A stretch of DNA of 64,000 bases from Selaginella moellendorffii (lineage: Eukaryota > Plantae > Lycopodiophyta), in NCBI RefSeq assembly GCF_000143415.4, contig NW_003314297.1:1456890-1520889 (forward strand), written 5' to 3'. Position numbers and translations under genes: made by a program. Under the pieces are notes generated by a model. It was not told the origin of the DNA, searched no databases, and was given only the letters and a program-made list of their open reading frames with translations. Below are positions 51,916-64,000 of this stretch, piece by piece; positions within the stretch are counted from its first letter, which is position 1; each line of letters begins with the position of its first letter.

Positions 51916-53476
51916 TGGAAGCGACTAATTTTTCCATTCAACTTTAATCACTTAACCACATCTCCGACCACTTGAAGGAGTCTCATTCACAACTTCCATA
52001 AGTCCAATTCAGGACTTGGGGCTTACTAACCTCAAAAATGACATCTATGCCACTCAACCTTTGCATTTAGTCCAAGTGCTCCACGTGTCTGATCCCATGA
52101 CCGACACCCCAAGGTACCACTGACATATTAGTCTGTTACGCTAAGGCTATACCCATTCACCTTGGTCACACCAATGGTCCAACACCACCTATATCACAGT
52201 CCCATCTCTAAAAGACTGGGCTATTCGTCCATGAGTGATCATCCTAGATCCACTTCTTAGCATCCTTAGGATGCCCGTAAACATGGGGAACAACCTTCCC
52301 CAATATCCCTTTTTCGATCCCCACTAAGTCCCTTTCTATCTATGGCCATGTTTGCCAACATTGCCACTAGATCAAGGCCCACAAGCCCGACCACCAAGTT
52401 CCATTGTCCTCTGGGACTTCCTCACCGTGTGATCGTATCCTTGGTTGCCACACTAGAGGACTATTCCTTTTCCTTTCCACAGTCCGGGACTTTGGGACAA
52501 CATTTCAAAACACTATGGCCCTATGCGAGCCTCATGGATACTCTCTCTGCCTTCCACCTTTGGGTGCTTTAGCCATGGGCTTAGAGCAAAGTTCCATTGA
52601 GCCACGCTAAGTATCCAATTAGGTAGTGCCACCCACACTTAGATTGGGAGCATCGACCATTCGATCTCCTAGGAGAACTAAAGTCGGCTCTTGAACACTT
52701 CACCAAGCTACCCTGCTTGTCAGTCCGTATTCACTCTAACCTTAGACTTCCCAGTGGTTATTTCATCACTCAACAATTGGGTATGGCCTTCCTGGGCCAA
52801 ACTGGCCTTTCCTGACCAAACTAGCCTTTCTTGACCAAACTGGCTCCATTAGGGTCCAATGCCCACACTCTCCCTACTATACTTTTGGAACCCAATGCAG
52901 CCCCCCCCCCTGGGGGGACAATTGCTTTGGGCTTTCACCCAACAACTTGTATTAGTATTCAAACTCGGACTCGGTCTCGGTCTCAACGTCGGACTTAAAC
53001 TCGGTCTCGGTTCCATCTTGGACTCTATCTCGGGTCCATCTCGAACTTCATCTCGGGTCCATCTCGAACTCCATTTCGGACCCCATCCCAAACTCCATCT
53101 CAAGTCTATCTTAGACTCCATCTTGGACTCCATCTCAGGTCCATCTCGGACTCCATCTCGGGTCCATCTCAGACTCCATCTCGGGTCCATCTCGAACTCC
53201 ATCTCGGACTCCATCTCGGGTCCATCTCGGACTCCATCTTGGACACTTTCACATGTCATGTGTTGGTCCTCTTGTGTCCCTTTTCTAGAAACTCACTTAT
53301 TGCTCGCTTCGTGCTTGTTCCTCGAACACTTCGTTAGGAGTTCCACTCCTACTCTCAACTTTTCCAGTTGGAGCTTTTAGTCTAAACGTGTTACTCCCGT
53401 TTAGCTTTCGCTTCAGCCATTGCTATGTGGCACCCTATCGGCTCCACTTTTGGGACTTTGGGATTTATGTCTCATA
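51916..53476 (-). mobile_element. Older family-A solo LTR (inverted)
   Basis: Homologous to 27805-29569; near-TSD GTTAT (51911-15) / GCTAT (53477-81). Confidence 0.85.
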
Positions 53477-55241
53477 GCTATCAAAGTGGGAAAGTAGTCC
53501 CTGAGTGTTCAAAGAGATGGCTTTGAATAAAAGTTGATGGTTAAAGACATTCACACTTATGTATGAAACTATGTTACATTAGTCGGGTGACATGTTAAGC
53601 TAGATTGGTAAATTAAGGGGAATAAAGACCTTAATTGAAGGTGTTGATTTCAAAAAGGGTGGCCCATAGGGCCAAGTATGGAGGAGTCCATGCATGATCA
53701 TAGACTTATCAAATGAAAGGACTTAGCAGTTTGGAGGAATTAGGTTCGTAAGCTATGATCCATAGCACATTTTAAGTATAAATTGGTGCACCGGCGTGAA
53801 GAGTCACGCTAGACATCCTAGGTGATGCCGTCCATAAATGCATATACAAAGATTGGGTTCAAGGCCTTAGTTGAAGGTGTTGACTTCAAAAGGGGTAACC
53901 CATGGGGCCAAGCATAGAAGAGTTAATACATGATCATAGACTTATCAAGTGAAATGATTTGGAAGTTCAAAGGAACTAGGTTCCTAAGTTGTGATCCATA
54001 GCATACTTTCATATAAGTTGGTGCACCGGCATATAGAGTCATGCCAAGCATTCTAGGTGATGCTATTAATAGATGCATATATGGAGGTTGGGTTCAAGTT
54101 CCAACCCTTTAGTGCTAGGTTTGAGTCCTAACTCACTAGATCATGGTGATTGTTTGGAATATAAGGACACTCATTTTTCAGTGGTTATGAACTCTCAGTA
54201 TAGAGGCTGGCTTGGGCACACTACCAAACAGGGGATGCTCTAAAGTCATGATGCACAGTTAGATTGCTTAGTGTGAAAGCTCAGCATATCTAACTTGAAC
54301 ACTTTGGTGCAAGTGGCACTAAGGACGTGGTGAAATGAGATGAGAACACCCAATCTTAGTTGTTATGGACCCTTAGCCATAAGGGTTGGCTTGGGCGCAC
54401 CACCAAGTGTAAGTGATGGTCTGGGAGTCATGGTCAACAAGTGAGGTAACTTGGTGAAGTGTTCAAGAGCTGGCTTTAACTCCCTTGGGAGATCGAATGG
54501 TCGATGCTCCCAATCCAAGTGTGGGTGGCACTACCTACTTAGATACCTGGCATGGCTCAACGGAACCTCGCTCTAAACCCATGGGTAAAGCAGCTAAAGA
54601 CAGAAGGTGGGGAGAGTACTCATAAGGCTTGCGTAGGGCCACGGTGTTTCGAAATGTCATCCCAAAGCCCCAAACTGTAAAAAAGAAGAGGAGCAATCCT
54701 CTAATATAGTGACCAAGGATACAATCACATGGTGAGGAAGTCCTAGAGGACAGTGGGACTTAGTGGTCAGGCCTTTGGGCTTTAACACAGTGGCAATGTT
54801 AGCAAGTATGGTCATGGATGAAGAAGGACTTGGTAAGGACAGGAGAAGGGACATTGGGGAAAGGTGTTCCCCATGCCTCTGGGCATCCTAAGGGTGCTAG
54901 GGTGTGGTCAAGGGATGACCACTTGTGGATGGATGGCCCAGTCTTTGAGAGATAGGACTATAATGCAAGTAGTGTTGGATCACCAATGTGATAAAGGTGA
55001 ATAAGCATAGCCATAGCGTAACGGGTTAATATGTTGGTGGTACCTTTGGGTGTCAGTTAGGGGATCGGACATATGGAGCACTTGGACCAAGTGCAAAGTA
55101 TGAGTGGCATGGATGCCATTCTCGGGGCTAGCAAGCCTCAAGTCCGGAATAGAACTCGTGGAGGTTGTGAGTGAGACTCCTCCAAATGGTTGGAGATGTG
55201 GTTAAGAGACTAAAGTAGAATAGAAAATTTAGTCACTTACA

Positions 55242-55408
55242 GAGATGTCACATAACCTAATACTATTCAAACCCAATAATATTTAACCCTAAATATCCTA
55301 AATCCCTTAATCAATTAAAAAATAGGGTGCATTCTTGTTCTGGGCTCTTTCTCTCTATATTTGAATTTTATAAATTGTCTTTTGAATCGTTCTCTTTGGT
55401 TGTTTACA
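55242..55408 (-). mobile_element. Truncated, decayed Cassandra-like LTR
   Basis: Homologous to ~50141-50308; cut at the left by the family-A LTR end. Confidence 0.65.
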
Positions 55409-56743
55409 CTTGGATATATTTAGCTTAGCATAAAGTAAAATGATCTAAAAGTGGACACCGAATTGCATAGCTGACCTAAATAGCACTTGATGAAAATGAT
55501 GCAATTACTAAAAGACATTATTATAGTTGTTAGCATTTTCAAATGTATATTTGAAGATATTTGGGAGAAGGCTCTAATCCATACAAGTTATTTTTGTTTA
55601 AACTACTGTACCACTGCAATGCAATCCCTTGGGAAATTGATATAGACACTAGGCATCATCCTAAAAATGATGGGTGGCAATCATTATATAGTGATCAAAC
55701 AAATGATATTCATTATCCCCAACATTCCTACAAAAAAAATTTCAGTTGGTAGCAAGAGTAAGAGTAACTACACCACATAGTGTAAATGCCATCATCCACT
55801 AGTTGCATAGTATTGAGCAATTGCACTAATTGCTACTCTAGATTTAAAATAAGGAAGAGACTGCTTCAAAGGAGGGGTATACTACTCTACCATGAAAATG
55901 AATGAGAAAAAAAAGAGAAAAAAAGAGAGAGAAGAAATGGAAAATTTTTAGGAATAATAGAGATCTAGACAATACAAAAACTAAATAATAAAAATAAATA
56001 AATACAAGCACTTTTCAAGGACAAATAAAGTTGTCTCTCACCTCTATTAATATGAATATAGAAATGTACATATTCAGTTAACTCAAGATTTTAATATAAT
56101 ATTATAATATACAATATATACATATATACATACATCATTATTAGCATAGTGGAATTTTGATGAGATACAAATGTATAACTATGATGTTGTATATTATTAT
56201 TAGTATAGTGGGATTTTGATAGCTTTCATATTGGTTTCAATCTGGAAAATTAATCTAATTGGATATATCATTAAATGGCAAGGTGTTTAAGACATTTTAT
56301 AGATTATAAACATATTTATAACTAAACATTGCTTAGAATAAGTTGCCTAGTTTGGTAAAGTGTTCTTGATCCATATATTATCTTATCCACAATTAAGGGA
56401 GTGGTGCTATTTTGATTCTTGCCCAAACATGCATGCCACATGTGTTAAATTTCTTTCATCTCTCACAATGCGTAATGTGTACTGGACAATTATTGACCAA
56501 GGAAAAAACTTTATCAAAATATTTCATGGTTAAAGAAATAACTTTTTGACACTTACTCTATCTAACACTTGTCACTAGCTAGATCTGATGGCCTAAAAAG
56601 TTTGGTAAGTTATTAGAGATTTATAAGCATAAAATTAATCTAAATCTGTTAGGTATGCATATTCTGAATATATCCACTAAATTGGCCCTAAAAAAAACTT
56701 ATTAAAAAACTTTATTGTAGCATATACCAAAATACTTTGAGAG

Positions 56744-59310
56744 TCAATCCCTAAAGTGGGATAATCTGTTAAAAACACCCTCCAAACAATTACATGTTTT
56801 ACAATATGTTAGATACAGTTCTTGATATGCTTCAACATCAGACCATGAAGGTTCATATAAATCCTCATATTTCAGCCAATTTCCTACATTCACAATAGAG
56901 TTCTGAAAGTTGTTGAAAACAAAAACTACAACATACCGGGAGGGGAAAGGCAGGAATGCCAACCAAAATATTTGCCAGCCAAAGTAGCTGCCCCTTTAAC
57001 ACCAACATCCTACACAGGAAAGAAAACGACATAGAAATTTTGTGTAAGAAATTTTATTTCTTGCAGTAGAACCTGTGGATCGCTGAGAACTTCTACAGTC
57101 TGACCGAAAACTCCAGCGATGATTCCTGGCCACGTAGCAGACCTGACCGACCATTCATACGTTACTTCTTTGCTATAAAACAGCCAAAAATCGAACCTGG
57201 CGCCCCCACCAACTAGACGTAATGGTGCTGCTGATTCTGTAAAGCATAAATGAGATAAAGGTTTCAAAACTTTTAAGTACCATTTGATGTTTTGTCGGTC
57301 ATAGCTTTCTTAGCAGAAAGAAGAGCGAACGCGACCCCTTCCATCACCTGCGCGAATAAAGGCAAACAACCAGCACACGAGTTAGATTATTACAAACACA
57401 TCCCATACCGCACGAAGCATATCGGCACGACTAGTAGTTTCCGAGATTCCAAGAAATGCGGCTCTGTAAGTCGGACTGTCCATAGGACACCGCTCTCCTA
57501 CATGATGTAAGACACTTGTGTCAGCTTGAGCAAAACCAGAGACAGAGAAAACCACACCATTTAGGAAAGGAAGGTACAGTAATCCACCGCATCCCACCGA
57601 CGCTGTTGCAACTAGCTTGTTGATTTCGTCGTATGAGTTGCCTTCCGTTAATTTTTCTGCTGCCCAAGCTAGATTTCCCCCAGCAGTCATGATGGATCCT
57701 GATAAGGAGTGTGAAAGTTCTCGAGTTTGACTGAATGTAACCTTACCTGTTTTGAACACCAGTGAAGAATCGGGATGGCCCAAAGTAAATACCCCCGGGA
57801 CGAATTTCTAACAAAACTGGAGCCTGTTAGCATGCGATTCTGGTTGAAGACAGCTTACTCCATCATTTTCTTCAACTGGAAAAGATCCTGCGACCCACCT
57901 AGTACGTATTGCACTTGTAGAAGTGAAAAAACAAGGAGAACAGAAGAACATACCCCGACGTCCCAAGGTACACATAAGACGAACCTGGACTTGATGCTCC
58001 AGCTCTGTCGAAGTATCACCACACATCAATTCTCGTTAAACAGGTACGCAACGATGTACCCCAGTGTGCACGCTCCAGCGTCTCCACAAGAGTGTAGCAC
58101 CGGAAGAGCTCGTAGTTCTGGAAAACCAAGTTCGTCTGATGCTTTCGTCGTCACCTTCCCTGGTTGATCTGGAACTATGAACTAAAGACGGCTGGAAAGA
58201 AATATACACACCACATGGAACGTCCGGAGGGAAGATTTTTGGAAACTTTTCTATCCAGTGGTGAAGGCCTGCCGTTTCAATCAGTTTGTCAGCATACTAC
58301 AAGATAAAAACACGTGAGCAAACAGCAATAAACACGAGAAATATACCTGCAGTGAAGGGTCGATTAGTCCTGTTGTTGAAGCCGTAGTTACGTCAGTGAC
58401 AAGAGAACCACACAGCTTCCAGGTAACAAAGTCGTGCCTGATAGGCGTTGAGGAAAAGAAAATCAATGAGAAGTGTAAATCACTCACCCTCCCAGTAGAA
58501 GATGATCGCAAAAAGAAGCGCTGCCTTCCATGTGCTTATCAATCCAACGAAGCTTTGCCAGAACACTGTGGCAATTCATTGCTTGTCGGCGCCAAGAAAG
58601 AAAAATCGAAAGATCGAAAAGGCCCCGCGGCTCACCTGGACGCACCTTGAAAATTTCCAGTCATTGCAGCCAAAAGAGATGGTCCACCAACTAGCTCGGC
58701 AATCTAAAACAAAGTCACGAAATCAAATCAATAGATGTAAAAGACAAAAGCATGTAAAAACCACAAACCTCGATCACTTCTTTAGCGGCCCTAGTGTCGG
58801 AGTAAAGTATCGCTCTTTGCTTATTAGCACAACCAGCCTGAGGGAAGAACTTAGAGAAGAAATTTATAGAGAACTTCGATCCATACTGTTACCTTTGGAA
58901 GGATCACAATGTCCTGCATTTGCCCGGTGACAGAGATTCCTTGAATGCAGCTAGAATCGGCACCGTCATCCCGAGATTTTTTCACGCAGGACTGGACGGC
59001 CTGTATCGTAGCGAGCCACCAGAGCTCCGGATCTTGTTCCATGCTGCAAGAACCTCCCCTGACCCCGATCGATCACTTCTACAGCCGAAATATCGCAGAT
59101 TATCACTCACATAGCCGATTGAGCGGGAGCTGGATGCGCCGCGAAGCCGGAGGCGAGAATATCCCCATCCGACGAGACAATGCACGCCTTGGTCCCTCCC
59201 GTTCCCACATCGATCGCAAGAACAGACTCTACATCGATCGCTCTTGCCCTAGGCGCTCGCAAGGAAGTGCGCGCCAGGACGCAAGAAGAGGAAAGCGCCA
59301 ACAATGCCAT
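56744..59310 (-). CDS. FGGY-family carbohydrate kinase (xylulose kinase-like), multi-exon, possible N-terminal transit peptide
   Basis: Motifs AIDVGTGGTKA, EQDPELWW, GISVTGQMQ, LPFLNG/ERCP and LVGGGAR across short GT-AG introns. Ser/Ala/Arg-rich N-terminus. Confidence 0.85.
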
Positions 59311-59529
59311 TGGGCAAAACCTTTTAGGGCAAGATCATAAGTTAGGGCAAAACAGAGAGATTTGAAAATTCTGGTAGATGCTCTGAGCGCTCAACAAACA
59401 ATTCAGTGAACTCGCGGCAATTTAAATGAAAGAATTTGGCGTATTGTGTGAGTGCGCGGGATGAGCGAGCGGTGGAAGAAAGGATAAAGGAGGAGGTTCT
59501 TCGTGTCTAGCGTGTATTTCTTGGCAGCT

Positions 59530-59730
59530 ATGGAGGACGAGGAGGCCACCACATTGGACATCAATCCGCGCCTCCGCGAGGGCTTTCGATCGGGGCGGAC
59601 GAGGAGCTCTGCCTGGCGATCCCAGCAGCTCCATGCGATCGCCCGGATGATCGACGAGTGCGACGCGCAGATCTACAGCGCCGTCGCACAAGACACTGGC
59701 AAGTCGCCATTCGAAGTCGAAATCTTCGAG
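59530..59730 (+). CDS. Alternative (duplicated) first coding exon of the ALDH3 gene
   Basis: 67 codons paralogous to exon 60058-60276 (F.SGRTRS..WR..QL..I...I.E....I..AVA.D.GK...E....E), ending at the equivalent phase-0 GT donor. Confidence 0.7.
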
Positions 59731-59959
59731 GTACTTGAGAATCCTGTAAAATTCCCTCTTCTTCTTCCTCTCGCTTGTGTTCTTGGCTGAATGGATGATA
59801 CGCCTGTGAAAAAAAATTTCCCGCGTGACAACGACACACACCTAGAACACTGCCACGGCCGTGCTACCATTCGCTGGGACAGATCTAGCTATAAATGCCG
59901 CACGCTGTGCCGCACGCTGTGCCGCCGCGGCTGCCGCGGTGGCACGCCACGGTGTGCCG

Positions 59960-60012
59960 CACGGTAGACGTGACCCAACCATAGTTCGCCGACGTGGCGT
60001 ATTTATAAAAGC
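59960..60012 (+). promoter_or_regulatory. ABRE/G-box elements (GACGTG, GACGTGGC) and TATA box upstream of the ALDH3 proximal first exon
   Basis: GACGTGGC at 59991-59998 directly before TATTTATAAA (~60000-60010), about 50 bp upstream of the ATG. Confidence 0.55.
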
Positions 60013-60057
60013 CAGGGCCTTGGCTGTGTTTCACGGTTTTCTTCCTGGGAGCGAGCA

Positions 60058-62442
60058 ATGGACGATCGGCGCCAAGAATCGATGGAGAGCGCCGTAATCG
60101 CGGCGGTGTGTGGCGAGGTCCGCGGCGATTTCAAATCTGGTAGGACTAGGAGCTTGGATTGGCGGCTCGCGCAGCTCAAGAGCATCGTGGATTTGATCAA
60201 AAAGCACGAGGAAGACATCACGGAGGCCGTGGCCGTCGACATGGGGAAGCCGTCGTATGAGTGCTTCGCCAGCGAGGTGAGCGGCGCTGCTATGGCGCCT
60301 TGCCTGTGATTGCGTACTTGCTCCCCTCTCCCCCTCCCGATTTGGATCTTTCTTGCGTTCACCAGGGTTCTTGGAAGATTTCCGGATCGAAATGCCGCTG
60401 ATTGCGAGTGGATCTTTCTTGCTCGCAGATCTTTCCCGTCAAGAGCGCGTGCCAGCTCGCGATCAAAAACCTCAAGAATTGGACGGCCGCCGTGAATGTA
60501 AGCCGCGATTTCTTTGCCCAAATTTCCCATTCTCTCTGCTCATTTTCTTGGAAATCTTCTTTTCCAGGTTCCACCGCTGCTGGCGACGCTCCCGGCGTCG
60601 GCCTCCATGAAGCCGGAGCCTTTCGGTGTCGTGCTGATAATCTCCGCCTGGAATTTCCCGTTTCGTAAGTCTGTCGGTTGTAGCGCTCGTTCTTTTTTCG
60701 TGACGAGGTTCTCTACTTGTGGTTCTTTAATGCAGTCCTTTCCCTGGACCCGATGGTTGGAGCTATTGCCGCGGGTAATGCCGTGGTGTTGAAGCCGTCG
60801 GAGATGGCACCAGCGACATCGGCGTTGATCGCACGGCTGCTCCCTTTGTACTTGGATAAATCTGCAATTCGCGTGGTCGAGGGTGGAATTCCGGAAACCA
60901 CTGCTCTTCTCCAACAAAAGTGGGATAAGATTTTCTACACGGGTAATGTATAGTGTTTTTCAGTGTACTTTACTGATGACACTTGGCTGGCCGTTTTTTT
61001 CTTTCTTTCAGGCAGTCCAAGAGTCGGACGAATTGTCATGGCTGAGGCCGCAAAGAATCTGACGCCAGTCACTTTGGAACTCGGGGGAAAGTCACCAGTT
61101 ATTGTTGATTCTTCAAGCGATCTCAAAGTAAAGTTCTCAAGTCTTTTTCGGTTTTGCCTTGGTGGATTTTGGCTGACTTTTCTCTTCCAGGTCGCTACCA
61201 GAAGGATCGCTGTTGGAAAATGGGGAAACAACAATGGTCAAGCCTGCGTCAGCCCAGACTATGTGCTTGTCGACTCGTCTTGCTCGACTAAATTCGTAAG
61301 CAACCTACTACATCCTGACAGCTAACGGACATGTCTTTGTAACAGATAGAAGCCATGAAAGATACGCTCAAGAGCTTCTACGGAGAGAATCCTAGAGAGT
61401 CGATGGACATTTCGCGGGTGGTTAATATTAACCATTTCAATCGCCTGGTGGGCCTGTTGGACGATCCAAACATCGCATCAAAAATTGCACACGGTGGTGA
61501 AAAAGACGAGACGAAGCTGTGGGTGCCTTTCTAAATTTCGTAGAGTTTCACTGGCGGTCCGTTTTGAACTTCCAGGTACATTGCTCCAACTCTTCTCGAG
61601 GACGTCCCGTTGGACTCGAAGGTGATGAGCGAGGAAATATTCGGCCCGATTCTTCCAATCATCTCGGTATAGTTGAGATCTCTCTGTGATCGCATTGTAC
61701 TGATTGAAGTCTCTCTTTGCAGGTGCGATCCATCGACGAGGCTATTGACATCGTGAACAGCCGGCCAAAACCTCTGGCGCTCTACCTCTTCACCAAGAAG
61801 GACAAAGTGAAAGAGAAGGTCATCGCAGAGACGTCGGCCGGAGGCATGGTTGTAAACGACTGCTGCTTGCACGTAAGTGTCACCTCCTCACCCCCTCTTT
61901 ATGTTTGATTCCCGTCGCGAGTGTCATGTCTTAAGTTCCCGTTTTCCACTCCTACTTCGCGTCACACTCGTCCGTCAAGCCTTTATTTCTCCAACGCTCC
62001 TTGGTTGACTCCATTCACTGGTGGAAATTCTCGTTCGTTTCTCACGAGTTTGATTAGACTCCCACTCTCTATGATTCTTCCAGTTCTTGACAACCACCCT
62101 CTAGTTTGATTGGACACTCTCGTTTTGATTCTTCCAGTTCTTGACAGCCACCCTCTGGTTTGATTGGACTCCCAGTCTCACTCTCTCTCGTTTTGGTTCT
62201 TGCAGTTCTTGACAACCACACTCCCATTCGGTGGAGTCGGAGAGAGCGGCATGGGATCCTACCACGGCAAGTTCTCGTTCGACGCCTTCAGCCACCACAA
62301 GGCAATCCTGACGAGGCCGTTCTGGATGGACATCATGGCCCGGTATCCTCCCTACAGCGCGCACAAGAAGACCTTCATCCGGTGCCTGCTCGAGGCCGAC
62401 TTTGTGGGGGTCATCCTCTGCCTTCTCGGCCTCAAGGGCTGA
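60058..62442 (+). CDS. ALDH3: Aldehyde dehydrogenase family 3 (ALDH3H/3I-like fatty aldehyde dehydrogenase), ~10 exons
   Basis: [39 protein letters not shown] (catalytic Glu), GQACVSPDY (catalytic Cys), EEIFGP and PFGGVGESG, plus a hydrophobic C-terminus. Confidence 0.93.
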
Positions 62443-63741
62443 TCCTTCTTCACCGGTTGTCTTTTCTCTCTAATTTTTTCTCTCCCTCTGTGACGAAATT
62501 TGTTGTTCTTTTCTTGGTTTTCTAGAATCGAAACGTTTAATTGTATAGTTTGAAGCCATAATAATCTACGTGCTCAAGTCAACGAAATTCTTCAAGCGCC
62601 ACGTCACCGAGTAAACTTGGTCCATGGAATTCAAACAGGTCAATGGGAGTCAAACGTTTGAGTTGCGACCTAGAATGGAGGTTGGGCGCTTTGATTTGCA
62701 ATCGCTGCTGTGCATCAAATGCTCCCCGGCTTTGGATTCAATTCGTCGCAGCAAGGATGGATTGATGAGCCAGATGCGACTCTTGTGAGATGCACAATGC
62801 ATCCATCACAAACAACTCGCATGGCACAGATTCCTCGCTTCTCGCGGAACACCAGCAAAGGAAAAAAGGCGAAGAAAAGAAGAAGCAAGGTTTTTCACTT
62901 CCTCTTTTGCGGTCGTTCGTCGGTGATGGTTGCTCGTGGGTTTTAATTGCCGAAGTGGAAAGCCCCCACCTGATCATCCAGCAAATCATACACGCTCTCA
63001 ATCATTCAATCCAATCCTGCGAGCAAAGAGAGCAAAGAAAGCTAAAGAAACCAGAAAAGAAGAATACTACGCACAGCTAAAAAGAAGAAAAGGATATGAT
63101 CTGATCTGACCATCTGGAGCCTGGCGATCGAGCAGTGCTAGGGCAATGGACTGGACGCTGGCAGAGGCTGGTCAGGCAGGGGGGTCATGTCGATCGCATT
63201 TAATGCCAAATGCCCCAAATCGAAGAACAAACAGGGGACTCGGGAGAAAAGCAAGGAAAGCGAAGACGGAGGAGAAAAAAATGTATAAACTAGAAAACTT
63301 GGTTCGTCGGTTTTGCTTGGCAGATCTCTGCGTGCTTTTGTTGTCTTCTTCCCTGCTGGTTTGGCAAAGATGCCCCCTTGATCCTTGTTCTATTGGTCCC
63401 GCTCAAATTCTTCCAATCGCGACTCGCATTCAATGCCGAGAACTCCTTTCAAGGATGATCACGACGTGGTGCTTGCTCGATGATCTCGGTCAGGAAGAAC
63501 ACAACCAGGAATCCATGGAAGTCCATGGAAGTCAGTCTCACTGTTTTTTCGTTCCAACGAGGGAGACAAGAAAGTTGACCGTGTCAAAGACTCTATCGCG
63601 AGAACAAGGAATGGATGATCGAAAGTTACGCCATCACGAAATGGTGAGGCTGCTGCTGAGATGATAGAGAAAAATCTCTCAAAAACCCAAGACGATCTAG
63701 ACGAAGAAGAAGAAGAAGAGAGAAGAGATCGCCAGTGGCGA

Positions 63742-64000
63742 CTAGCTCTTGGAGCATCCCCGGCCGCCAAAGATGATATACGAGCCCCAGTTTCGATCGA
63801 AGTACTTCCTGGCGGTGTAGCACTCGGGATCGGTGGAGAACTCGGCGAGATCCACCGCGTCAAACTGGCGCATTTGATCGTCCAGGTAGGCGAGCTCGCA
63901 CTGGGACGCCGCGCGCGTGTTGCCCTCGGCGGGGAAGAAGCCACTCCCCATTTGCGTGGAGAGCTCCGGCCCATCGGAGGCTCCCGAGAGGCACACCTCG
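63742..64000 (-). CDS. 3' end of an unidentified protein-coding gene running off the window
   Basis: GC-rich open frame to the window edge (...DPECYTARKYFDRNWGSYIIFGGRGCSKS*), followed by pyrimidine-rich 3'UTR-like sequence. Family not recognised. Confidence 0.45.
   Translation of the reverse strand, partial: EVCLSGASDGPELSTQMGSGFFPAEGNTRAASQCELAYLDDQMRQFDAVDLAEFSTDPECYTARKYFDRNWGSYIIFGGRGCSKS

Larger units (their letters stand above)
6190..55241 (+). mobile_element. Oldest family-A LTR element, fragmented host of the nest (5' LTR 6190-9320; internal 9321-9647 and 49872-54444; partial 3' LTR ~54445-55241)
   Basis: Decayed homologue of 30864-38565. The internal sequence broken at 9647 resumes at 49872. 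Degenerate PBS after 9320. No matching TSD, so the two ends may come from different copies. Confidence 0.6.

Noticed and set aside
6169-53380. Dozens of 100-380-aa ORFs rich in SDSIS, PRWS, LGLHL or RDRD
   Set aside because: They are translations of stop-free 6/11/12-bp tandem arrays inside LTRs, open in several frames and on both strands; not genes.
62560-63700. Short ORFs between ALDH3 and the terminal gene
   Set aside because: No recognisable motifs or consistent exon chain.

Overview
Eukaryotic land-plant DNA. The ~50-bp introns and compact genes suggest a Selaginella-like lycophyte (inference). Bases 1-55.4 kb are a nested transposon stack that can be resolved by target-site duplications (TSDs). 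An old family-A LTR element (6190-55241) holds a family-B LTR element (9648-49871), which holds a younger family-A element (12114-42482, TSD GGGTT). That element holds a solo LTR, a very recent non-autonomous family-A copy (30864-38565, TSD CGCAG) and, inside its 5' LTR, a 13,196-bp DNA transposon (13366-26561; perfect 24-bp TIRs; 4-bp TSD AGAG). This DNA transposon is the main discovery. It encodes a Sola1-type DDD transposase and, divergently, an 11-exon ~1,620-aa cargo protein with a ParB/Srx-like domain, a degenerate beta-class DNA-methyltransferase-like domain and an FCP1/NIF-type HAD phosphatase domain. It also carries about 25 copies of a 22-bp palindrome (ATGGCRTGNGGCCNCAYGCCAT) in introns, intergenic DNA and coding exons. 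Together these suggest a ParB/parS-like or VANC-like self-recognition system; this copy is disabled by three stop codons, each one C>T change from a sense codon. Also present: Cassandra-like solo LTRs with 5S-rRNA-derived promoters, a 5'-truncated LINE and interstitial telomeric repeats. From 56.7 kb are host genes: an FGGY/xylulose kinase, head-to-head with an ALDH3 aldehyde dehydrogenase that has two alternative first exons, and a partial unknown ORF. All domain calls are by-eye motif recognition, not database results.
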